DNA of 61,829 nt, filler included, from Choristocarpus tenellus KU-1152 (GCA_964200185.2; 9 parts of 9 records of this genome joined end to end with filler, not necessarily neighbours in it), one strand, 5' to 3'; positions 39,982 to 53,778 are shown, counted from the whole stretch's first letter. Numbers and translations: made by a program. The notes: a model not told the origin generated them from the sequence alone.

Positions 39982-41589
39982 TTCAGCAAAAGGTTCACAT
40001 GCTTTCCGAGGATTATATAGCTGCAAGTTCTATTAAGACTAAAGGAGTTCAGGTTTGCCAGTTGAGGGCGTGAAAAGTATAGTTAAAGACTTCAACATTG
40101 TGGTTTGAGAGCTCATTAAAGTGGAGTGCCATCAAGAGAATATCCACTTCATATCAAACACAATATTTGTGAATAACTTTGAGCCCAACTTCTCCATCAG
40201 CTGTCCAGGGTCCCACTATCACCTCATCAAGTTCAAAAGCCCGGGCAGCACCAAGAACAGCCGACTCTACATCCCAAAGAAATGTAGTCACCAGAAAAAT
40301 ACCACGTTTGACTCCCTTCACTGTAGAGCCTTGAGTCACAGGGTGTTCACGCCCGGGAGCAAAAATCTGTTGGTAGGGTGTGCCCAAGAAGGAGTGGGCA
40401 AGATGAAAGGGATCACTCTTGAACCCGCCATGGACTGGCAACAGACTGTTCCTACAAAATCACTCTTATGCAGCACCTATATATTATGTACCCTAACCCT
40501 AACCCTAAGGTATTTGTCTAAGGGTGTGTACCACTCGCCCTTAGCACCAAGCAAGCAAAAACTAGTACTGGGTTGAACGCAACAGCCTTCCAAAAAGACT
40601 GATTGTATGAAGGCAGGGGAGACAGAGTTAACAGAATGATTGCTTAAGGTCTACAGCGTGGTTCGCTGGCAAGGTCTAGAAGATCCCCCTGGATACGAAA
40701 GAGAATCACAGTCTCATAGTCGAAGCTTCCCTTTGGATGTGTGGAATGGTATAGAACGCAAAACTTCCACTGTATGTTGTGTTGAACACCTTATCTACCA
40801 AAGTGGCATGGTATACAAAGAGGTGCCAAAAGATTTGTTAGGATATCAATTTGATCATACGATCGGAAGACACTCCGACAAGCATGCACAGAATGTAGAT
40901 AGTCAAGTACCACACAAACCTTACAGGAGAACAAAATGAACAACACGACTCACAAACACGACAGTTGACAATGAGAACATGGGTTGCAGGCATCAAGGGT
41001 TTCCACAGGCATTCAGTCTAAGGGTAACATACTCGGCTTCGAACACATGCAGCTATGCATTCATATTGCACACACTGATGTTAACGACGACATTGATTCG
41101 CACGATGCATTCCGCAGCTAACAAATCTTCCCATCTCTAACAACATAAAGTATTGATAGCGTTTTCAAGGTCGAGATGTTCGCATCCTAAAGATGTTTCA
41201 AAGCAACCATGGAAATCAGTAGACGGCGTTGTATTCAAGCAAAGACTCGATGGGTACAGGCAAGCAGTTTGACCTAACACAAGTACGGAGACAAACAGGA
41301 ACGCACGATCACCAAGACAGTAGGGGTTGGGAGGGAAGGAGGATAAATATTCTGCAGAGCAACACACAGGTAGGAACACAGATTACGAAATCTCCTTCTA
41401 CTTCACCTGGAGGTCCAATACTGTGGAAATGCCTAGCTCGTCCAGGACGAAGGGAATACCGCCTGCCCAACGCACTGCCTCTGTCGCACCATCATCTAGA
41501 AATAGTGCAAGGCCCTCCCACTCGGAGAATGGGCAATCCTTAAGCAGATTTTGTAGCGGCCGACGTGCGGAAGACAACAAGTCGAGCAT
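39786..41589 (-). CDS. SCFD2: Sec1-family domain protein SCFD2/MIP3-like, first three exons
   Basis: Exons 41589-41407, 40366-40223 and 39902-39786, all phase 0. LALFLDDGATEAVRWAGGIPFVLDELG resembles AVVYLDAACAESLHW (SCFD2) and AIVYIDAGCTESF (MIP3); VVACTVSEEGH resembles VFTSISEGSH. Confidence 0.75.
39954..39981. repeat. (AG)n microsatellite
   Basis: About 14 AG units; (CT)n on the SCFD2 sense strand just upstream of an acceptor. Confidence 0.9.
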
Positions 41590-41708
41590 TTCTGTCCTGT
41601 GGAAGGAGTGTTGATCTACTATGTTGTGAAAGGAGTATTTATTGTATTGTGTACCACATAGCGCCACAGAACGCTACAGAGCTCTCTTAGTGAGTTTGGA
41701 AATTTCAA
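41590..41708. promoter_or_regulatory. Probable bidirectional promoter region
   Basis: 119 bp between the divergent ATGs of the SCFD2-like and CARNMT1-like genes. Confidence 0.55.
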
Positions 41709-44700
41709 ATGGGGTTTGGTTCCTTCTTCCCTCATGTGCTGGCTGCCCTCCTGGTGGTACTCCCTGCCTCTGTGGTGTTCATAGGCAAGGGAGAACACAT
41801 TGGAATTGAGATGCCAGGGGAACATGATCAGGAGGTTCAAGGTTCTATAAGCGATACCATAGTGTTCAAAGTACCCTTCTTCAGTGGTCATGCCCATGGA
41901 GACGAGGGTAGTGTGAGTGCCTTGACTAGCCACCTAAACCGCCGCTTGGAGGGGTACCATGAGGACCTTGTTAAGACCGTCGAGGTGATAATAATGTGCC
42001 TGTAACGGAATCCTGAAAAATATGTTTTGCAAGCAGCAATAGATGACTGTAGTTATGTAAGCAGGTAGTGTACTGAACAACGTGATCTATGTGAGTGGAT
42101 TATTCTGATGTACTCGCGTTCTTACTCGAAAATTCGTTAAGCTGTCTTGTTTCTGTGATTATCAATCCGCTCACCCAATTCCACCGTGCCTTCACACCCT
42201 TCGTGTGCCAACCGCTTCTTAAAAAATTTCCTCAGCGCCTTGACGCTATTATCAACAACATTCAAGGCGCACAGGTGCAGCTGAACACTGCCACAGGTGG
42301 TCGTGAGTCAGCTGACTTCGATGGACTGACCAAAAAAATGCGCCTGAAGCTGGAGGGCATTCCTTGCAGATGGCAAGTCAACGCTGATGTTCTCGCGTGG
42401 CTCCTCCGGCCGATTCCCTTCGTCACCGCCCTTCCAGCTCCAGGTCAGGCAACCGGTATTCGAGGGGCAGACATTAGCCCAGATGAGAGTTGTATGGGAA
42501 CAGTAAAGGTAAGCGAAGGGCGAATAGGAAAACAGTCAGATGTTTTTTCATCAAGGAGCACCCGAAATTCAAATTCAATTCCAGGATCAGAGCTAGCACC
42601 AGTGCCAGAGCAGGTGTGGGATCCAGGGTTGGCAGGTGGGGCAAACTCGGACCACAGCAGTCCAGGCCTTGAGGCGGGTTCTGAGCCTTCTAATTCTGGA
42701 ATATTCCACTCTTACGACGGAGTCTACCAGGCAAGCCTTGTGCTACCATGCACGACTTCCAGGATGCATGCTTGAATATTGCCCTTGCATGCCAGTAGTG
42801 GATAGATACAGTTTGCGCTCACCTCGTACATGGGGTAGGTGTTTGGCTTTAGGAATCGTGTAGCCGTATGAGAGCTGTGGGTTATGGGTCCAACACTGGA
42901 TGAGTGTCCCAGGACTGTTCGCAGAAGTCAGTTGGAATGTAACTACTTTTCACCAGGGCTGTGGTCTGGCTCATGGGGTGTAACATGCCCCTTCTGAAAG
43001 AGGTCGGAGTCAGTAACACAAGAAGGGATCTCACTTTTATGCTCCCCCCGACTCCACTGTACCTCACAATAACACACCAAACCAAACCCCCTACATACAC
43101 AGCCTTGGGCACTACACTGTACACCCTAAATGACCAATGACCACATGCACTCTTCACCCATACCAACGCATTGACGAGCAAACTTCCAAAAACCAAACTG
43201 ACAGGTTCTGACCCACCTACTCAGAGATTGGACAGATGAGGGAGAATTTGCCAGAAAATCTGTGTACGGGCCTTTGCTCAGGGTCCTTGATGAATCATTT
43301 GGCATCCCAGGGGAACAGCAGCCTGACAGCGGGAACCTGGGGAAGAGAGGGTTGGTCAGTGTGCTTGTGCCAGGGGCAGGACTGGGGCGTCTGGCAGTAG
43401 AGATTGCAGCTAGGGGATATGCTAGTGTGCAGGCCAATGAGCTCTCACCCACAAGTGAGTAGGTGGCATGCTTGTTTGGTAATCTGCATCTTGTTGCTTG
43501 TTGGAATTATTTGCGCATTCCGTATCTTCCAATCATAATATTTTTTTAATACATATTGTTGGAGTCTGCCACTCAAGAAACAATAAAGCACCCAAGACAG
43601 GCAGAGATGGGGTGTGTTTTGCCAGGGCAATTTCTGCTGGTGCTGGTGCTTCTCTTCTGTAGTGTTGTTGTGTACGTGCACTTGTACTAAAATTTTATTC
43701 AGGGGGTCAGACAAGAGGCACAGGAAATCAATTAGTTTCACAGCTTACCTTAGGAGGCTAGATAGGTGGTGCAATTTGCAACGTGTGTTGTGTTTTTGTT
43801 GTCATGCTTAAGGGGCTGAGGATATCAATGTCAATGATACTGGGGAGGTATGTTGCAAGTGACTCCATCTACAGAACCTTCCATATCACCTCTGACTACC
43901 CAATGCTCTGGCAGAGACTCTTGTTCTATATTTTATAACTGCAATCCCATTTGACCCTCCTTAATAATAAGAATGTGCCAATGCAACCCCCGCCCCCTCC
44001 CCTTTACTGTAACTATCTGTGGTAACCTTGGCACCCTCCGCACATGCTACTGGGAGAATCAAGCCTTTTGTTGTGGGATACTGTCTGAGACAGCAGTAGA
44101 CATCATCACCAAGATCAAAACCTACCACATATACACCCGATCCCACACCCGTGTCAGTGCTCACAGCCAGCTATTGGGTACTCGATGCCTTGGGATACAG
44201 TGCAACCTGCAATGAGGGGTGCTGGTCCGCCGGATCTCCAGGTTGGCCAGAGATTCCTGTTCTCCATACCACTCAGGGAGAGGACGGCGAACACAGAAAT
44301 GGGCTGAGGTCTGGGGAAGGAACTGAGTCTTTTTACTTTTTCCCCTTCTTGCATGATGCCCCGCTCAATGAGATGGATGGGGAGGGCAGGTGAGGTTGAG
44401 TTCGATTCAGAATTGTTGAGCTAGGCTGGACTAGCAGAAAGTCACCTCTCTGAAGTGCCCAATGAGTAGGGCGTGTCTTTGCTCTGCTGCTAGCAGAGGG
44501 CTAGGATTGAGCTTGAGCTATGGGGGAGTTATGAGAGTCTGGTTTATTTTTTTCTGGTATAATATGTTGCTGGCACAACCCTTTTGTGTTTTGGGTGTAC
44601 TGTTAATTCTGAAAATGTGACTTGTGGTGGAAAGCTCCCTGTCCACAAGTAGCACTCAAGGCATTTTTATTTTTTTCCTGTTTGATGATTTGGAGATGTT

Positions 44701-47526
44701 TCAAAGAGATTTAGGGGTCTGTTAGGTTGGGGAAACGAGGTTGTGAGTCCAGTTCAATCCACCGATTCTGTCTAATCTTGCACCACAGAACACATGACAG
44801 AACAGTAAACAATACACTTGTGTAGACAAAGAACTATGTGCTGTACGCACTGAAGCACAACTACAGTACATCAGGGGATGCATGCATATGGTGTATGTAA
44901 TGTATGTTATGTATGCGTATATAAGTGTGTATGTATATGAATGCATGTATATATATATATATATGTGTGTATGTATATGAATGCATGTATATATATATAT
45001 GTGTGTATGTATATGTTGACTCGGAAAATTCCTTTGAGGACAGGTTGCATATCGAAGAGATGACGAAAATGTAATGTGTCTTGTTTAATTCCATTAAAAC
45101 CAGTGCTTGTGGGGGTATACTGCTATACTGTCATAAGTTGATTGCCCCAAGATTTCAATCCTTACCTCCTTCATCACAACCCACTGACTTAGCGCACACC
45201 CTCATTTTCCTCCCTTCTAATCATGTTTCTCATTTCAACAGGCTGTGATGCACAACTGGTGACTGTAAATATTCCCCAATGCCCAATTCGATGCACCTTT
45301 AGAACTCATACCTCACTTACTTACCTGTCCTTTCCCTAAGTCATCCACATGCATGTATTAGCACACACATACAACTGCGCCCTCCTTGTCACGCCACCCC
45401 CTACCCCCAAGATTCCGTGCAGTTAGGTTTCCCGACACAGGGGCCCGCAATTTGCTTTCACATGCCTCTGGACGACTAAGCTTCCAAGCAGGCGAGTTTT
45501 TGTCCACATACAGCCATGATGGAGCCTTTTCAGGGACATTCAATGCGGTGGTGACCAGTTTCTTCATTGACACGGCCCCCAACATCATTGAGGTAGGGGG
45601 TAGGCAGTGTTTGTTCATATCAGAAGGAACGTGCATCATCCGGTGTTTGTTTTATGCTGCTTGAGCATTTCCTTCGTGTGAGTGCAGTGGCGAGTGTACT
45701 ATATGCCTATCTTACAATTGCCTGCACTGCAAAGTTCTAGGAAAGGAAGGCAGGAACTCACTCCCTACTGTTGACACTAGCTTCTATTAAAGTCATTCAT
45801 TCTCCAGGCATACACTCAACTTGCTAGGTGCAAGTGGTCTGGACTTTTACCTCGTAGTAATAAAACCTACTGGTTCAATCATGCCTTGTGAAACATACCC
45901 CTCCCCCACCCACCCCCCTACTCTTGCGCCTTTTTTAAAATCAGAATTTACCTCATACATATTCCTATTTCCTAGTGCCCTGAAGTATTTTCTGCAACAC
46001 TCCCAAGTATGTTGCACTTCAAGATACATCATAGTATGCCTCAGTCGTCTCTGAAAAAGGGCGAATTGTTAGCTCTTGCTGTAGCAGACACCCAAGAATT
46101 CAATGCCATTGTTCTAAGAGTGTTGTGGCTTTTAGTGTTTGTGCTCTCCGCACTAGCCTTTTTCTACCTATAAGTGTCTGATCAGTTCAGTACCTTATGA
46201 TTGGTGGCACCTTGGGGTTGGGGTTAGGGTTAGGGTTGGGTTTGATTTTCTTTTTGCGAAACTGTTCTAATATTGAGGTGATAGAAATTATTTGTAGACA
46301 TTCTGCCTAAAGGGTCATGTACTTCAAGGTAGGGATTACTGACCAAGCCTTCCTAAGTATGATCCAAAGGAAGTGTCTTGGACATTGAGGATATATTGGT
46401 TCTGCTTTGAAACTCAACTCTGGGCTCATTCTCGAAACTTTCCATGTTTTGTGTTCAAGAATCCTCTTTACGTCCCAAGAACAGTGTGTTATGTATCAGG
46501 AGAGTTTGAAGCATGGGTTCATTTACTCTCAAATACTTTCATGTAATTACCTTCCAATCCCCTTTAGGAACCCTAACCCTAGGGTAGGAGCATAGAGTTT
46601 CCTCCTGTGGTAGGGACTTCATCCCTTTAGAATAGTGTGTTCCACTTATATTGAACAGTGTATGAAATAAGGCCCATTTTTCTTCCATGAGCAGGCTGCC
46701 AACTAACATGGATAATACCTCATCTCTGCCAAACAAATATATATCAGGGATCAGCCGATAGCTTGGAGTTATGGTGTTGATCACTGATGGTGTATGATAT
46801 GCCAGAAATACCTTCAACTGTTTCCAGCACAGTCATACTCTACCACTCACTTAGCTGTGACCCTCCTTCATACCATGATACTGATCGAAACAAATGAATC
46901 TGCTTGTAGTGAGACCACCACACACCTTTGGTATAGCATTGTGTACTTCCCAGAGGACATGGTACATACTTACGTACTTGAAACTATAAAATCGCCATGG
47001 CTGCTTATGCTGCCCACATTCCTTTCACTGTAGCATGCACAGCAGCATGTAAGCCCCTAGAAGCCTGTCCAGTCACTTCATTGCGGCGCAAGGATGCTCG
47101 CAGACAAGGGAATACTAATTATAGTCACACCACACCCTCCTCAGTAACTACCAATATCTACTAGCTCTATGTGTAGATTGACCACACTCCAAAACAATAC
47201 AGATCACATCTCTTTTTACTGCTTGCTTGAATCGTTCTGGTACCTCTGTGATAAAACAGTATATTGCCACCATCCGGCGAGTGCTCCGACAAGGAGGTTT
47301 GTGGATCAACTGTGGGCCACTGCACTGGCATGAGCATGCACGACTTGCCCTCAGCCTTGATGAAATCCTTGCCCTTGTGCGTGGCTTTGGCTTTCGAGTA
47401 GAAGGGTTAGAGCAGCTTCCAGTGGGGGGATACCGGTCTGGGGATGGCAAGGGGGGTGACTCTATGAGGGTGGAAGGGTTTCGTCCGGTTTTATGGGTTG
47501 CAACGCTGGATGGGAGTGGGGGATAG
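41709..47526 (+). CDS. CARNMT1: Carnosine N-methyltransferase / N2227-family SAM-dependent histidine methyltransferase, ~566 aa, 6 exons
   Basis: Exons 41709-41984, 42236-42730, 43205-43454, 44158-44389, 45412-45592 and 47260-47526. Motifs LLRDW..EG...R, VLVPGAGLGRLA, NELS..ML, FFPFLH, VRFPD, AGEF, VVTSFFIDTAPNIIEY, GGLWINCGPL. Confidence 0.9.
44880..45015. repeat. TA/TG-rich simple tandem repeat
   Basis: Repeated GTGTATGTATATGAATGCATGTATATAT units, intronic. Confidence 0.85.
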
Positions 47527-49728
47527 ACTTACAGGGGCTTGCAGGGAGTTAGGAGAGGATGGGCAGAGGCATGGCATAGAAGGGTGTAGAAAGGGGGTGG
47601 TGAAAGGAGTACCACTGGTAATAGGGGTTTAGTTTTTAGTAACTACATGAGAGTGCAAGTTTCAAGTATTTATGTGTCTACTACAGAATAGGGCCTGGCT
47701 AGGTAAAAAATCCTTACATTAATGTACTTAATGCTGTTCAAGCGTTCACCACAAGTTTCCAACATTGTGAGGTGTGAGGCTAACCTCTCAGTGCTTGGTA
47801 GCTAAGGAATAAGGAGAGGACTGCTTCTGATCAGCAATGTTCATCACTGTGGTAGAGCCTTGCAAACCTGTGTATGTGGCGAAGTCAAATCTGACATGAT
47901 TGGAATTGGAGTAAGGCTATCTCTCTCAGATTAGAGGCAAGTGTCTTGCTGATAGCACCCAGAACCAGTGCTCAATTTTTCCAAGGTATATCACGGACCG
48001 TAAGTCCGAGTTGTTCCCCTAATTCCAGTTGCAGGCATACTGTACCCCAGGGCACTCCAGTGTGCACAATAAACTCAAAATTTGGAAACAAAAAGGTATA
48101 GGAGGACACATAGTGCGTGTGTCCTGTCCCAACATTCCAAGTGACCGCTGCATTCTTTAAATACATTGCTTTACAAGCATCACATCTGCCAAATCCTCAG
48201 AGTATATATAATTGAGACTAAGGTATGATGACCAATACCCAAAGTGTGACCTGCTGCAGGAACCTTCTGAAACTCAAACATCAAATATGACAAAGAGCGA
48301 TTTTCTCCACTTAGTTCATTTAAGTTCTTTGTTAGCAATTGCACTGAGACAAGCCCTTGTGCAAAATAACTATTCCTACTGCAAGTTGTGCCATACTGAT
48401 ATCTCCAAATGCAGTAGATCATCGTTACAATAGAACCCCATTGTAGTGTGTAACCATCATGCACTATCCACATGAAAAGCATTTCCTCCCAGCTTCAGGT
48501 CAAATCACAGTGGCAAAAACATGTATATTCATAGGGCAGAGCTTGCTCATAGGCTTAGGAGATATATCACACCAAGAAACGTGCACACCACTAGTATGAC
48601 TTGGTCCCTCAATCTCCTCATCTCATACTTGGGATGGACCATCCTGATTATGCCACTCACTTTGGATTGCATCAAAAGTGGATGTGTCTAGTTCAAATCA
48701 AAACCTTTCAATGCTGAGTTGGTTGACCACACTCTTGCTGCAACTAGCTTGCTATAGAATAATGGTGTACCACAAACAACTCCAAAACTTGAGCTCTTCC
48801 AAGTTTTGAGACCTCATGTTGTGGAAGAGGCTGACAAATCACAATGGAAAGTCTTTTCATTCTTTCACCACTTGAAAGAAATAATCCTCAACTATTATGG
48901 AACAAGAGTACAAACCAGGTATCAGTCCTCCTTTTGATTAAATCCAGTAGTTTCATAGTCAACATTTTTCCAATGGTTAGTGTAAGGATTGATCATGTAG
49001 GAGTCCCAAGTTGTGATCCTAGTCGCTTCAAACTGAAGTCAGAAGAACAGGTAGGCTAACCATGTCTAGCGAAGCTTACTGTTCACTGCCTGTGTGACAC
49101 AAGACTTCAACTATACCACTCCATGCAGCAGTAAAATGTGCTACCGTAATACAGATAAGGGGAGGGGAAGGGGGGGACAGAGAGAAGCATTTCTGTTGGA
49201 ATTCGTTCTTTGTGGCATAAAAAGAAAAAGAGGAAGTAATTGTAGGTGCAATACGAGGAGACCATGACCCACAACCCCAAACTATGTGACCTTTGTTGTA
49301 TGGTACCATAGTATCACAGACCTCTGCTAACAAAATTCAGTACAATATTTTGGCCTATCAGCAAGGTTAGAAAACAGGCAACAACTGTGTCATGGGAGCA
49401 TATATTTTCAGTATTTTTCGTGGAGTACAAAGAGAAAGAAGGCTCAAGATATTGACACAAATAAATTGCATTATTAGATAATCTTCAGCACACAGATGAA
49501 CAGATTTTGATGTTGGATTAACATGATCCGACCAACCCCCCCCAAAAACTATCAGTACATAAAAAAAGCTCTCTTGTAAGAAGTATCTTGAACCACTTCT
49601 TGTCCCACTCATTCTACCAACCTGGTACATAACCAAATGCAAGACCATCTACTTGCAGCCCTCCCACCCCACAAGGGACAAATGTGGAAATCTCACCAGG
49701 TCCCTCCACCTCCCCACCAGTCCCCCCC

Positions 49729-49963
49729 CTATGCTACAGCTTCTTGCCCAGCAACAGTGGCAGCATAAGCCGCCTCCTTCTCTTCCTTGTACTTGTAGTG
49801 CATATCATTCACATCCCCAGAGAACACCTTGATCCACCCTGTTGGTTTCACAAGGTAGATGTTGTTGATTGCACCAGACGCAGCATCCCTGAAGGTGGCA
49901 TGGTAGATGGCACGCTTACCCAACTCTATGGCCTCTTCGTCTGTCATGTCATGCCTGTAGAAA
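49729..49963 (-). CDS. PSMB5: 20S proteasome subunit beta5, last exon
   Basis: YRHDMTDEEAIELGKRAIYHATFRDAASG...YLVKPTGW...DV..MHYKY* after the acceptor TTTAACAG. Confidence 0.92.
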
Positions 49964-51259
49964 CTGTTAAAACCACACATTGGGGGGGGGGGGGGGGGGG
50001 GGGGGGGAAAAAAGGGGGGGGGAGGGAGAGGGTTTGAGGGGTGGGGGGGGAAAGAAGGGAAAAAAAAAAAAGGAAAACAATAATACTGATCATTTTNNNN
50101 NNNNNNNNNNNNNNNNNNNNNNNNNNNNNNNNNNNNNNNNTTAATTAATTAANNNNNNNNNNNNNNNNNNNNNNNNNNNNNNNNNNNNNNNNNNNNGGCT
50201 CACTGGTTTATAATAGTCAATGCATACGCATCTTCATACTGACATGACCCTCAGGAGGGGGAGGGAGGGGGGTGTTGTAAAGGTAAGTAGCTCGCCTCCC
50301 ACATGCCGACTTGGATACTGCTAGTAATATATATTTCAAGTAATAATGTATATACTAGTATAAAAGAGTTAAAAGTAAACAAGTACCCAAGTTTTTGTCC
50401 GTTTTGGTTCATAAGCCAGTTTTTCAATCTTTTGCAATCCATACATATTTCTATGATGGATGAAGTGCTAACTTTGACTTGAGAGGATTGATTTCTCTTT
50501 GGTTTGAAACGCTTGGAAGCAATTCGGAAGATATTCGGTATGTATTTCTAATAAGTCAAATTTTACACATTATTTGCTGACCTCCTTAAAATGCAACTCT
50601 GGGTACCTCTCATTTACTTTGACTCAAAATTGATTGCACTTTCCTCCCAGAAAAACTTCCACCAGTGGGCTAATGGGAGGAGGCAGCACACCAAGCTCCC
50701 TATTACGTACAAATTATCCTTCAAGTACTCCTGAGTATATAGTAGAAAACATTTGTATGGTGTTCCCCCTTGCCTGTGTGACATATTTTTCCCAGAGCTA
50801 TATGTCACATTGCATACATATAGCTGGGGTTGTTGCCTCACGACAAGATGGAAAAGAGAGGTAGCCATATTGGAGACTTGATTTTGCTACTGCTGAAGAA
50901 TAAGAAGGTTGATGGCTTATTGGCCATAGATGCATTGAATTGACGTTTATACATGTTAAGACTAATATCCCAATGGTGGTGTAGATATTGCTATTCATAC
51001 ATTACATACATTTCCCTGTCCATCAATCCTCCTGTTAGTTGTTGCTGTTATTAATATTATATAGAAGTATCATCGGTACCTTCATGATATATTCACGTAA
51101 GTATTTTTAGTTACTACTACAAGGAAATATTTTCACCATGGAATAACACACCCATTAAGAAGTACTCGTATTTTCAATTCCCTACAGAGTCTCCCCTCTC
51201 CACACCTCCACTAAACAGAGAAGTATCTCCCCTCATATTTACACCCCCTGCAAATCATG

Positions 51260-53778
51260 TTATTGAAGGGCTGCTGCCTCCCTGCTTTCATCACCTCCTG
51301 CTTCCTTCTCAGCATCTTCAAGCACGGTCCAAGTGTCCACAGAGTCCCACAGACGAGGAGTCCCCTCAAGGAAGGATAGCGCCATGGTCGCAGCACGGGT
51401 GCTCTCCCCACCTAGCCCCAAGGATGAGAAGTGGTCCACATTTTCATTTTCCTTGGAAGGATCAGCCTCTCCGAAACCGCCATCAAGGGTCATCTTGTCC
51501 TCTTCCACACACTCACCTAATTGTTCTTCTTGCGCCTTGACTGACCACGGCCCTAGTCGTGAGGCACACAGAATATCCTCCCGTGTTCCCCTTTGTCTAC
51601 ATGGTGGGGTAGTACGGTGTTTCTTCGACCTCTCTTGGAGCTTCCTTAAGGCCTCAGCAATCGTTAATTTGGGACAGGCCGGGGAGACATCCCCTGGACA
51701 TGCGGATTTTTGTTCGGATTTTGTTTCGCTTCTATCACAGACTGTGGAGGCATTGTCATATGACACAAAGGAATTGCTTCTGGAGACACTTTTATCGGCA
51801 TCGGTAAAGGCACTTCCTTCCAAAGACAAGTCTGCCTTTCCATTGCTTCCCACAAGCTCACTCTCAGTGCCAGAGGACTCGCTCTTCTGAGGCTGAGGAG
51901 GCTGTCTCAATCCCCACCTCTGATGCTTGGGAGGCGCTGATGCAGGTCGTTTAGGACATCTAGGAGTACTCATCATGGTCCCCCACTCTAGGGGGGAAAG
52001 TTCAGCAAGGTTTTTAGAGGAGGCCGCACAAGTCAATCTGCCACATCTATGATTGAGTCCAAAATCTGAAACAAGTTGGTGCCCCTCTCCTCCCTCAAGT
52101 GTATCGGACTCTTTCTCTCCCACACGATCCCCAACCACTACAGAAGAGGTGCTTGTTGTGGAAACAGATGCAACCCCAATGTTGGATACTATATTCTTGC
52201 GATGATGAGGCAATAATGGGCTCCTATTCCCCTGTGCTGACATGGTGGGATCAACAAAGTCCAACCTTGACTTATTTGGACGTCTTGGTTGCTGCAAATC
52301 ACCAGAGAGCTTGACACTGGACCCCATACTCAATCCAGGCCTCCACTCTTGGGAGTTCCTACTAAATCTACATCCAAGTGGACTGCTGATCCCAGCATTG
52401 TCGTATTGTTGAGTCTCATTATTGTCAATGTTGCCATCGCTTTCGTTTTTATAATGCATGACCTCCACTTGCCTCGAAGGCTGACATGTCTCCTGCCTTG
52501 ACGCCACTGAGAGACATGCTACTGGTGCTTTGTTTGACACAGGTTGGTTCTCTTTCCCGTCCACAAAACATTTCGTTTCCTCCATTCCATGATTACTGGT
52601 GAAATAGTCCGCATGTTGCTGCCTCACAACCTCCACCATTGATTGTCTACTGCCACTTTGAAGAGGTGTTGTAAGGCCTGCTGACTCCCCTTCTCCTATA
52701 TGTCCTGCAGTACCTGCACCTCCCCACTCCACATCAAATGTAGACCCTATCCCATCATTCTCACCATTGAAATAATTCTGAATCACAAGTTCAATCGCCT
52801 GATGGATCAATAGTCCTGCCCCTTCGTTCTGGAGCAGCAGGGTGGCAAACTCACCAGCAACTGTGGTCTTTTCGGCTCCTACGTTCACTCCAGTTGAACC
52901 ATTCGCATAGCAAGATGAGATTTTTGCCTTCATACCTGCTCCATCAGAAAGGCCCTCAACGCCTGAATGGTGTACATCAAGAACCTGTGCAGAACTCAAA
53001 GTTCGATAATGTGACTGCTCCACCCCTTCTAGTCTGGCCTCAATGCCCCGAAGACGTGCTTCGTTACCTGCGACCACACCTCTATTTGCCTCCACTTCAA
53101 CACACAAGGCAGACCATCTTGCAGCTGTGTCTTCAACACGTTCTAATGTCTCTTCCATACTCGTGATTGCAGCTTTTGCATCGAAGGCAGCACCCTCGGC
53201 GAGGCTTGTCTCTAGCTTTGTGGCCGTGAACACTCTCTGGACAGCAGCCGCCTCGTGTGCGATGAGGACCTTCGAATCATGAACATTCTTCTTCATCTCT
53301 TCCAACAGCTTGTTGCCAGCAATGTTTACCTTTTCCTCAATAACCCGTACTTCACTTCTATCTGCTTTTTGAATGAGGGCTGCCTTGAATTCTCCTCTTG
53401 TAACATAGTCTTCACGTTGGAGGTCAACTAATGTCTGTCTCTGCTTCTTCTCTTCTCCCCGAAGCTCTGCGACAAGAACAGATGTAGATATATTAGTCAA
53501 AGAACATCGGTTCATCCGACCGATGATTAGTTCAACATTGCGAGCGCCTTAGGATTAATGGTGAACACACCTGCCATAGACGACGCTAGTTCCCTCATCC
53601 GCTGATCCAGTCGGAGGTACTGAGCCAGGTGAATCCGTACATTGTATGCTACCCCATCATGACCTACCACCTCGTCTTCTGCAGGAGTGGGGCCCTTCTT
53701 GAGCATCAGACCTCTGGATCTCAAACTATTCCACTCCGACCGCATATCGGCAACTTTTTCTGCTGCTAATGTTGACAT
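51260..53778 (-). CDS. Uncharacterised ~804-aa protein: N-terminal coiled coil, disordered Ser-rich C-terminus
   Basis: Exon 53778-53571 (GCAG|GTGTGT) joins in phase via a 104-nt intron to exon 53466-51260, linking the 83-aa and 751-aa ORFs. Confidence 0.75.

Noticed and set aside
51333-51890. 185-aa plus-strand ORF and similar overlapping short ORFs in the track
   Set aside because: Antisense or alternative-frame shadows of real exons, or chance ORFs from non-ATG starts.
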